A DNA stretch of 29,882 nucleotides from the NCBI GenBank assembly GCA_046726415.1, contig JBKPAK010000147.1:1-29882 (forward strand), in the 5' to 3' direction. The number at the start of each line of letters is the position of its first letter. Within the stretch, counting starts at the first letter, position 1. The translations under genes were made by a program, and so were the position numbers. Below are positions 9,621-16,835 of the stretch, one piece after another. The notes under the pieces were generated by a model, which saw only the letters and a list, made by a program, of their open reading frames with translations, made no database searches and was not told where the DNA came from. The stretch comes from Candidatus Methylomirabilota bacterium. GTDB lineage: Bacteria > Methylomirabilota > Methylomirabilia > Rokubacteriales > CSP1-6.

Positions 9621-9925
9621 GGGTTTCGGAGTGTAGGCGACATGAACGTCCTGAGCGGGCGGTCGCACCGTCCGTGGGCCCGCCCCGATGACGCAGTCTA
9701 CCAACTCGGACGCTGGCCGCCCCAGGAGTACCCAGGAGCCGGCTGCCATGGGTCAGGCTACCTGCCTCCTCGGACCTACCTCCTCGCGCGCCGACCGCGC
9801 CCAACCGGCTGAGCGGCATCCTAATGCCGGCATACCGCGGGCGTCAACCGGCGCGCGGGACAGTCCGGTCAGCGCGGAGGACGCCTCGCCGCACCGCGCA
9901 GGCACGACGACGTCCACCGCCCCGA

Positions 9926-10053
9926 ATCGATCAGGGCGCGGCGGCGGGCTCGGGTGGGCCGGGGCTCGGCCCTGAGCAGGCCATCCTCGCGCACCTGGGC
10001 CGCTCTCAATCGGGTCGAGCCCCGGGCCCACCCCGCCCGCGTCCTGATCCGAT
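9926..10053. repeat. Long imperfect inverted repeat
   Basis: ATCGATCAGGGCGCGG...GGGTGGGCCGGGGCTCGGCCC pairs with GGGTCGAGCCCCGGGCCCACCC...CCGCGTCCTGATCCGAT. Confidence 0.8.
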
Positions 10054-10221
10054 CAACGAGAGCCGCGGCGGACCCCGTGGTGTCGGCGCCGCGCGGCGTC
10101 ATCGGTGCCGATCCTGCCGGGCCCCGTGCTCCCAGTGCCGGTTGACGGCCGAAGTGTGCCAGCATAGCCTCCCGCTCAGCCTCGGCGGGGTGGCCGGCGC
10201 GCGCGGAGCTGGTCATGTGCG

Positions 10222-10293
10222 CTGTGCCTACGGCTCCAGCGGGAATCCAGCGTGCGGAGGTGGGGGGTGGACGGCAGGGGGCGGCGCGCACGC
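10222..10293. repeat. Repeat block B, copy 1 (copy 2 at 12600-12671)
   Basis: CTGTGCCTACGGCTCCAGCGGGAATCCAGCG...GGTGGACGGCAGGGGG...GCGCACGCG occurs twice. Confidence 0.9.
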
Positions 10294-10335
10294 GGTGGGG
10301 GAGCGAGGGTGGAGGGCGTTGATGCCGCCTACGCT

Positions 10336-10611
10336 CTTGATGAGGATGCGGAAGATCCAGGTCTTGAGTGATGAGCGGCCCTCGAACGCCCACATGCCCT
10401 GGATCACGCCGACCCAGGTGTCCGGCACCACCTCGTCCGCGACGGCGCGATTGGAGATGTAAAGGCGGGCGACGCGGCGGAGGCTCGCGTGATAGTGGTA
10501 ACGAGATGCGCAAAACGCGATTTTGTCACCACGGCGCAGCCCTTCGATCACGCTCCCATCGTCGGGCGCAGCGACCGGCGAGGCTCCTGAAGTGTTCTCC
10601 GCCTCGATCAT
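10336..10611 (-). pseudogene. ECF sigma factor, region-2 fragment (contains repeat block A, 10463-10575)
   Basis: DDGSVIEGLRRGD..AF...LRRVARLYISNRAVADEVVPDTWVGVIQGMWAFEGRSSLKTWIFRIL; region 4 absent. Confidence 0.85.
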
Positions 10612-10918
10612 ACCCGCCCCATCCACGCTCTCGGTACCCGCGTATGTGCCCGTGCGGCGCGCTTAGCCTCGCCCTGCGGTATGAATTCTAGGTGCAAGAC
10701 CGTGGACGCGCAGCCAACGCATCCGTCGATAGACCAATCAGCAGACCGCGCACCGACGTGGATGTGCGAACGCGTGCGAGTTGAGTGAACGCTCCGCCCG
10801 AAGGGGCGTGCATCACGGCCGTGAAGGCGCGCGCATCGAAAGGGCAAGGCGTGCGCAGCAGGTCCATCGGAAAGAGGCGCGCACTCGCGTCGCATGAACA
10901 CCGTTGGGAGGAACGCAG

Positions 10919-10966
10919 GTGAGCACGATTTCAGTGAACGATGATCCGACGATCTACGACGAGGAC
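10919..10966 (+). pseudogene. Probable chloroperoxidase N-terminal remnant, in frame with the patatin ORF
   Basis: GGAGG RBS plus GTG, then MSTISVNDDPTIYDED, resembling the Cpo start MSTITVKDGTTIYYKDW. Confidence 0.55.
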
Positions 10967-10990
10967 CGAGTACTCACCGGCTGGAGGACG

Positions 10991-12463
10991 ATGCACCGAG
11001 GGTTGACCCGACTCGTGCTAGCAGCTATCCTGCCCGCGATAGTGCTTTGCGGCTGCGCAACGGTTGCCCCGGTCAACGTTCCCGTTGACCGGGTGCGACC
11101 GGAGACCGGCTACCGCATCGCCAAGTTTCTGGTACGGGATCGAGGTCCAACGAACAACCCTGACGCACTTGTTCTACTAGCGTTCTCCGGCGGCGGCACT
11201 CGTGCCGCAGCTCTTTCTTACGGCGTACTTGAGGAGCTGCGGCGCACGCCGATCGTGGTTAAGGGGCACCAGCATTCCATGCTTGACGAAGTGGACCTGA
11301 TAGCTGGCGTGTCCGGTGGCAGTTTCACCGCATTGACGTATGCGCTCTATGGCGAGCGGCTATTCCACGAGTATCAGCAACGCTTTCTCAAACGGAACGT
11401 TCAAGGTGAGCTGATCCAGCGACTCCTTAACCCAGCGACCTGGCCTCGGCTGGCGAGCGATAGCTATGGCCGCTCCGAACTAGCCGCGGACTATTACGAC
11501 GAGATTCTCTTCGGAGGTGCCACATTCAGCCACCTGATTCCGCTCGAAACTCCCGTCGTGGTCGTGACCGGGACGGACCTGTCCACTGGCGCACGATTCG
11601 AATTCTCGCAGGACACCTTTGATCTCCTGTGTTCCGACCTCGGGGCAGTGCGGTTGGCCCGCGCAGCCGCGACATCGTCGGCAGTCCCCGTTCTTCTCTC
11701 TCCAGTTACCTATCGGAACTACGGCGGGAAGTGTGGCGCGATGTTGCCGATCTGGGTTCAGGACGTTGCGAACACAGAACACGCGGCCCGCCCAGCCGGA
11801 CGAGCGTTGTTGCGCTATCGTGATTTCAAGGCACTCGAGGACAGCGAGAACCGTCCCTACCTCCACATCGTCGATGGCGGGGTCTCGGACAACCTCGGAC
11901 TTCGTGGCATGCTCGAAGCGTTCGAGCAATTGGAGGCGAGTCCGGCGTTCCAACGCGAGATGCGCTTCTCCGAACTGCGTCATATTGTCGTAATCGCGGT
12001 CAATTCTCGCTCGGCCCCAGCCACCGATTGGGATCGACACTCTGCGCCGCCAAGTATTGTGTCGCAGTTGATCCAAGCCTCAAGCGTTCCGATCGATCAT
12101 TTCTCCTTCGAATCCGTGGAACTCTTGAGAGATATTGCCGCGCGGTGGGCGGACCGACGTGAGCTCGCGATTGCGCGGCGCCTCGATGCTGGCCAATCGC
12201 GGACCGAGGCCGAGGCATCCGTGCCACGGATTACATTCGATGCGATCGACGTCAGCTTTGACGCGATCGAAGACCCATCGGAGCGGCGCGACTTCATGGA
12301 GATGCCGACGACCTTCTTCTTGCCCGCGGAATCCATCGACCGGCTGCGTGAATTGGGTGGCCGGCTTCTGCGCAACTCGCGCCCCTATAAGATTCTGCTC
12401 GAGCGCATTGCGGAGCTCGCGAAACGCGACACTCCGTCGTCCGTGAAGCCAAAGGCGCACTGA
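10991..12463 (+). CDS. Patatin-like phospholipase, lipoprotein
   Basis: Lipobox LCGC; AFSGGGTRAAA, GVSGG, DGGVSDN; GGAGG RBS before ATG 10991. Visibly lower GC than its neighbours. Confidence 0.93.
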   Translation: MHRGLTRLVLAAILPAIVLCGCATVAPVNVPVDRVRPETGYRIAKFLVRDRGPTNNPDALVLLAFSGGGTRAAALSYGVLEELRRTPIVVKGHQHSMLDEVDLIAGVSGGSFTALTYALYGERLFHEYQQRFLKRNVQGELIQRLLNPATWPRLASDSYGRSELAADYYDEILFGGATFSHLIPLETPVVVVTGTDLSTGARFEFSQDTFDLLCSDLGAVRLARAAATSSAVPVLLSPVTYRNYGGKCGAMLPIWVQDVANTEHAARPAGRALLRYRDFKALEDSENRPYLHIVDGGVSDNLGLRGMLEAFEQLEASPAFQREMRFSELRHIVVIAVNSRSAPATDWDRHSAPPSIVSQLIQASSVPIDHFSFESVELLRDIAARWADRRELAIARRLDAGQSRTEAEASVPRITFDAIDVSFDAIEDPSERRDFMEMPTTFFLPAESIDRLRELGGRLLRNSRPYKILLERIAELAKRDTPSSVKPKAH

Positions 12464-12487
12464 GTAACGGCATCGGCCTTTCCCGAG

Positions 12488-12671
12488 AGGCGGGCGACGC
12501 GGCCGAGGCTCGCGTGGTAGTGGTCAACGAGGCGCGCAAACGCGGTTTCGTCACCACGGCGCAGCCCTTCGATCACGCTCCCATCGTCGGGCACCGCGAC
12601 TGTGCCCACGGCTCCAGCGGGAATCCAGCGCACGGAGGTGGGGGTGGACGGCAGGGGGAGGGGCGCACGCG
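12488..12671 (-). repeat. Second copy of ECF sigma fragment (block A, 12488-12600) fused to block B (12600-12671)
   Basis: About 90% identical by eye to 10463-10575, including a 43-nt perfect match; encodes DDGSVIEGLRRGDETAFARLVDHYHASL. Confidence 0.9.
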
Positions 12672-12787
12672 TCTGCTGTCTTCCGCCCCCCTTTCCCTTC
12701 TTGCGTACCGGGGGCGACGGCCATCCAACGACGCACTTGCGCCACGGCGACCGAGTCGGCCGCAGTGCGTTGACACGGCGCGAGGAT

Positions 12788-12808
12788 ATCGCAACGGGAA
12801 TCGCAACG
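12788..12808. repeat. ATCGCAACG direct repeat (12-bp period), possible integrase arm-type sites
   Basis: ATCGCAACGGGAATCGCAACG, next to a recombinase remnant. Confidence 0.4.
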
Positions 12809-12922
12809 AAGAGACGATCGCGGCGGTCGGAGGCAGCTGCTCGTGCCGAGAATCGCGCGGTTACCGGGAGATCGGCTCTGGCACCGTCGTTGCCCAGCGC
12901 TTCCGCCATGCACTCGACATCC

Positions 12923-13138
12923 GCCCACCTACTCTTCCAGGAGCAGCCCCCGCGGGAGAAACGACGCTTGCTGGGTTTCGTGGTTTCGAACTGCACCTGG
13001 AAGAATGGCGAGCTTGTGGCGAGCTACCGACAACCCTTTGATTTACTGTCCGAATCTGTTGCGAAAGACCCCCAACTGGTCAGAGCGGACACCCCGAAAG
13101 ACCAGCGATGTCTTGGCTGGCAACTATGCTCTCGATAG
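12923..13138 (+). mobile_element. Large serine recombinase C-terminal fragment
   Basis: AHLLFQEQPPREKRRLLGFVVSNCTWKNGELVASYRQPFDLL matches the EKRxLLxxVxSNCxWKxGEL...RQPFDLL tail of large serine recombinases. Confidence 0.75.
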
Positions 13139-13167
13139 CCGCGGTGTACCAGGACGTACGTGGCCAT
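13132..13167 (-). pseudogene. Alpha/beta hydrolase N-terminal scrap
   Basis: GAGGAGG RBS, then MATYVLVHRG (typical MATYVLVHG start); similarity then stops. Confidence 0.6.
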
Positions 13168-13268
13168 CGACGATCCTCCTCTGCGCGAACGCCGTCCGTG
13201 AGGTATCATTCCGGCCAACCGCGGTCAACGGATCGGGAGACCACCCTCACCGCCGAAGGAGGCTTCCT

Positions 13269-14369
13269 ATGTGGACCCGCCGCCAGGTACTCGCGCAGTT
13301 CGGTATCGCCGCCGCTGCCGTCCACACGCTCGACCCGCACGAGATCTGCTGCAGCGTCGACGCCCACGCAGCCACCAATGAGAAGAATCTCTTCGAGCTC
13401 AAGAAGGTCGCGGACGGCGTGTACGCTGCGTTCGCCGGGCCCGCGTACAAGGTCAACTCGAACGCAGCCGTCATCCTGACGAACGACGGCGCCGTCGTCG
13501 TTGACACGCACTCCAAGCCGTCGGCCGCGGCCGCGCTGTACAAGGAGATCCAGGGCGTCACGAAGAATCCCGTGAAGAAGGTCGTCAACAGCCACTTCCA
13601 CTGGGATCACTGGCAGGGCAACGAGATCTACAGGGGCGCCTATCCCACCCTGGAGATCATCGCCTCAGAGCAGACCCGCCAGAACATGACGAAGCCGGAC
13701 GCGGGCGTCGGTGGCATCCCGCACATCGAGAGACAGATCGCCGCATTGCCCGCCGAGATCGAGAAGCTGAAGGAGGAGGTCGTCAAGACGTCGGACGCCG
13801 CCGCGAAGGCGCGGGTCGAGTCGAACCTCCGCCAGGCGGAGACGTACCTCGAGGAGCTGAAGAAGATGAGACCGGCCCCGCCGACGCGCGGGGTCCCCGG
13901 CGGCGTCACGACGCTCCGCGAGGGCGGCCGCGAGATCCAGCTCCACGTCGTCGGTCGCGCGCACACCGACGGCGATGTCTTCGTGTACCTGCCGAAGGAG
14001 AAGGTGCTGGTGACCGGCGACGCCGTGGTCGACTGGATGCCGTTCATCGGCGACGGCTTCCCGGAGGATTGGGTGCAGTCGCTCGCCACGCTCGAGAAGC
14101 TCGACTTCACGCACATCATCCCCGGCCACGGCGACATCGCGCCGAAGAGCCAGATCACGTTCCTGAAGAACTACCTGGCCGACCTGATCGCCGCCGTGAA
14201 GAAAGCGGCCGCGGACCGCGCGACGCTCGAAGAGATGAAGCCGAAGGTCGCCGACCAGCTCGCTCCGAAGTACGAGGCCGGGATGTCGAAGTACTGGACC
14301 GGCCGCTATCGCGACCGAATCGCCGTCAACATCGAGCACGTCCACAAGAAGGTGGTCAAGCCGGCCTGA
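13269..14369 (+). CDS. Tat-exported MBL-fold metallo-hydrolase
   Basis: AAGGAGG RBS; MWTRRQVL twin-arginine signal; SHFHWDH, HTDGD, TGD and PGHG motifs. Confidence 0.92.
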   Translation: MWTRRQVLAQFGIAAAAVHTLDPHEICCSVDAHAATNEKNLFELKKVADGVYAAFAGPAYKVNSNAAVILTNDGAVVVDTHSKPSAAAALYKEIQGVTKNPVKKVVNSHFHWDHWQGNEIYRGAYPTLEIIASEQTRQNMTKPDAGVGGIPHIERQIAALPAEIEKLKEEVVKTSDAAAKARVESNLRQAETYLEELKKMRPAPPTRGVPGGVTTLREGGREIQLHVVGRAHTDGDVFVYLPKEKVLVTGDAVVDWMPFIGDGFPEDWVQSLATLEKLDFTHIIPGHGDIAPKSQITFLKNYLADLIAAVKKAAADRATLEEMKPKVADQLAPKYEAGMSKYWTGRYRDRIAVNIEHVHKKVVKPA

Positions 14370-14370
14370 C

Positions 14371-14424
14371 GATTGCCGCCCGCAGGCCGGCTGCTGGCTC
14401 GAGCCGGTGCTGCGGGAGGCGATC
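14371..14424 (+). terminator. GC-rich hairpin after the MBL gene
   Basis: GATTGCC-G-CCCGCAG-G-CCGGCT...AGCCGG-TG-CTGCGGG-A-GGCGATC; no U-tract. Confidence 0.5.
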
Positions 14425-14648
14425 AGCTACGGGCGGTTCGCCGGGGGCCTGCTCCGCAGCCGCTATCGCTGCGCCTCTAGGTCGGGCGCAAAACCGGGAC
14501 GCTCCGGAGAGGCTGGGCAGCGTTCCCGCCGTGGGTGTTTCTGCACGGAGGCCCGCATCACCCGCGACGAGAGTCAGGCGCGCAAGGTCTTCACGAAGAC
14601 GCTCCGTGCGTCCGCGCTGCTGCTGCACTTCTCTCCGGCTGACTCCGA

Positions 14649-14668
14649 GGTGGCAAAGTGGTAGCAAA
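14649..14668. repeat. GGTRGCAAA direct repeat (11-bp period), possible integrase arm-type sites
   Basis: GGTGGCAAAGTGGTAGCAAA in an intergenic gap. Confidence 0.4.
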
Positions 14669-14716
14669 ACACCGAGGCGCCGACGGGCTCACGCGGCAGG
14701 CCAGCTTCGCCGGTGC

Positions 14717-15541
14717 TCACGGTCTCCGGCTATACACGCGCTGGGCCAAGACGGGCTTCATCTGCCCCCCGTCGATGTTGATTGACACGCCGTTGACGAA
14801 ACTGGACCGTTCCGAGGCGAGGAAGAGCACGACGTTCGTAACCTCCCGCGGCTCGGCGATCCGCCCGAGCTTCAGCGGAATGCTGTCCACATGGGCCCTC
14901 ACGACCTCTTGGACACTGAGCCCTCGGTTCCGGGCGATGTGCTCGAAGAGGCCGCGCATGAGCCCCGTCTCCACCGGGCCGGGGTTCACGGCGTTGACGT
15001 AGATCCCCTCTGCACCGTACTGCTCGGCGAGGGTCGCGGTAAAGATCTGCTCCGCAGCGCAGCAGATGGCGGGCACGATCTCCCAGTACGCGCACTTGAC
15101 TCCGTCGTTGCCTACGACATTGACGATCCGACCCCCGCCCTGTCGGCGCATCACGGGGATCGCCGCACGGGTACACCGCACTAGCCCCATGAGCTTGAGC
15201 TGGATGCCGCGGTCCCAGTCGTCGTCGCTCAGCTGCTCGACGGTGCCGCCCGGGGCTACCCCGGCACTGTTGACCAGGACGTCCAGGCGTCCCAGGGCCT
15301 TGACGACCTCGCCGATCAGGCGCTCCGGTTCCCCACGCTGGCTCAGGTCGACCGGAATCCCGATCACCTTCGCCCCGGTGGCCTGCCCGATCTCTTTCGC
15401 CTTCGCGTCCAGATCGGCCTTGGTGCGCGCGCAGATCGCCACGTGGGCGCTCTCCTCCGCGAAGCCCAGCGCGATGTCCGCACCGATGCCGCGCGTCGCT
15501 CCGGTGATGAGCACCACCTTCCCCTTCAGCCCAAGATCCAT
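14717..15541 (-). CDS. SDR family oxidoreductase (FabG-like)
   Basis: MDLGLKGKVVLITGATRGIG, LDVLVNSAG, NAVNPGPVET, FLASERSSFVNGVSINIDGG. Confidence 0.93.
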   Translation of the reverse strand: MDLGLKGKVVLITGATRGIGADIALGFAEESAHVAICARTKADLDAKAKEIGQATGAKVIGIPVDLSQRGEPERLIGEVVKALGRLDVLVNSAGVAPGGTVEQLSDDDWDRGIQLKLMGLVRCTRAAIPVMRRQGGGRIVNVVGNDGVKCAYWEIVPAICCAAEQIFTATLAEQYGAEGIYVNAVNPGPVETGLMRGLFEHIARNRGLSVQEVVRAHVDSIPLKLGRIAEPREVTNVVLFLASERSSFVNGVSINIDGGQMKPVLAQRVYSRRP

Positions 15542-15575
15542 GTCGTGTCTCCTTCTCTCCGTGAAATACGGGAGC

Positions 15576-16033
15576 TCAGCGCGGGAGGCTTCGCAAGAAG
15601 TCGAGGACCGTGCGGTTGAAGGCCGCCGGCTCCTCGAGGTTCAAAGTGTGCCCGGTGCGGGGCAGCACCGTGAGCGTCGCGTCCGGGAAAGTCTGCGCCA
15701 GGAACCGGCTGGCGTCGAGCGCCGGGGTATCTTCCTCTCCGACGATCACGAGCGTCGGCACCCGCAGCCCCCGCAGCCGGGCCTCGAGTTCGTACATCGT
15801 CGGCCGGCGCAGCTGGACGCCGCGCAGGGTGTTGGCGAGACCGACAGAGGACAGCGCCGCGAAGTCTGCGTGGAACTTCCGCCACATGGCAGCGTCTTTA
15901 CGGACCAGGTGGATACGTGTCGGCCCGCGCAGGTAGTCTTCGGCCACCCGACGTACACCCTCCCGCTCGAACCGATCGGCGATCGCTCCGAACTCTTCGA
16001 GGAACTGCCGCTTATCCCCGGAGCCCGTACCAT
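15576..16033 (-). pseudogene. Alpha/beta hydrolase, 5'-truncated
   Basis: VPTLVIVGEED...GHTLNLEEPAAFNRTVLDFL keeps the Asp and His, but the nucleophile half is missing. The ORF's N-terminal extension is antisense to PaoB. Confidence 0.85.
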
Positions 16034-16094
16034 CATGAATATCAGCGACTAGCGGCTTCCTTATCGACGCCTCCTGGCCCTCAGGCTCGGTGAC

Positions 16095-16364
16095 TGCATC
16101 GGCGCGCTGGTCCGCAACACCGATCTCGCGGCGGATAGGCGCCTGCGGCGTGACTATGGCCTGCCCTCGCGCGCGCTCGTCGCCGGCGCGTCGGGTCAGC
16201 TGCGCAACAAAGCGACCACCGCGGGGAACCTGCTTCAGCGAACGCGCTGCTCTTACCTCTACGATACCAACCAGCCGTGCAACAAGCGCCAGCCCGGCAG
16301 TGGCTGCGCTGCGATCTGTGGCTTCAGCCGAGAGCATGCCGTGGTGGGCGTCAGCGAGGCGTGT
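16095..16364 (+). pseudogene. paoB: Xanthine/aldehyde oxidoreductase FAD subunit (PaoB/YagS) internal fragment
   Basis: Frame not in the ORF track: [13 protein letters not shown]...[48 protein letters not shown]...[10 protein letters not shown]. Confidence 0.92.
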
Positions 16365-16605
16365 TCACGGCGACCAATCCGTCACGCACCTCCGGCGCCC
16401 GCGTGACGTTCGAGCCCGGCGCTCGGACGGCATGGCACACCCACTCGCTGGGCCAGATCCCGATCGTGAGCGGCCGGCTCCGGCTGGGTCAGCATAAGTT
16501 GGTCGAAATCGAGGAAATCCGGCGATGACGCATATCGCCATCCAGGAGCATCTCAACGAGAAGACCGTCGAGTGGATGGAGAAGGTCAGCGACACGCAGT
16601 ACGGC
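16361..16605 (+). pseudogene. Cupin protein, truncated, frameshifted and internally deleted
   Basis: [20 protein letters not shown]...IEEIR | MTHIAIQEHLNEKTVEWMEKVSDTQY; the GDVV...KHWHGA segment is missing. Confidence 0.88.
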
Positions 16606-16634
16606 ACGCAGTCGATACTCGAGGGTCAGGATCA

Positions 16635-16700
16635 TACGCGGGCTGGCCCAACGCGATTACGGCGATCTCCGTGGCCAAGGAAGTACTTCAGACGGAGTGA
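16635..16700 (+). pseudogene. Carboxymuconolactone decarboxylase-family C-terminal scrap
   Basis: YAGWPNAITAISVAKEVLQTE-stop. Confidence 0.75.
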
Positions 16701-16835
16701 TGCCCACCTCTCGGGCCCGATCGGAGGGATGGAGACGGTCCTCTGCGCTTTCCGCATCGGCCCTCGTTCTCGCCATCCGCAGAGCGATATGCGAGACTAC
16801 GATCTGCTCGCCTATGCGAGCGCAGAGGACACGTC

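Noticed and set aside
9926..10053. Palindrome as an integron attC
   Set aside because: No RYYYAAC/GTTRRRY ends, not repeated between genes, and no intI.
10463..12600. Repeat pair as a DGR template/variable repeat
   Set aside because: Differences include indels and non-adenine changes, and there is no reverse transcriptase in the window.
12843..13268. 142-aa N-terminal extension of the MBL ORF (similar extensions on VOC, SDR, cupin, YihY)
   Set aside because: RBSs and signal peptides mark the downstream starts; the extensions run through unrelated remnants or intergenic DNA.
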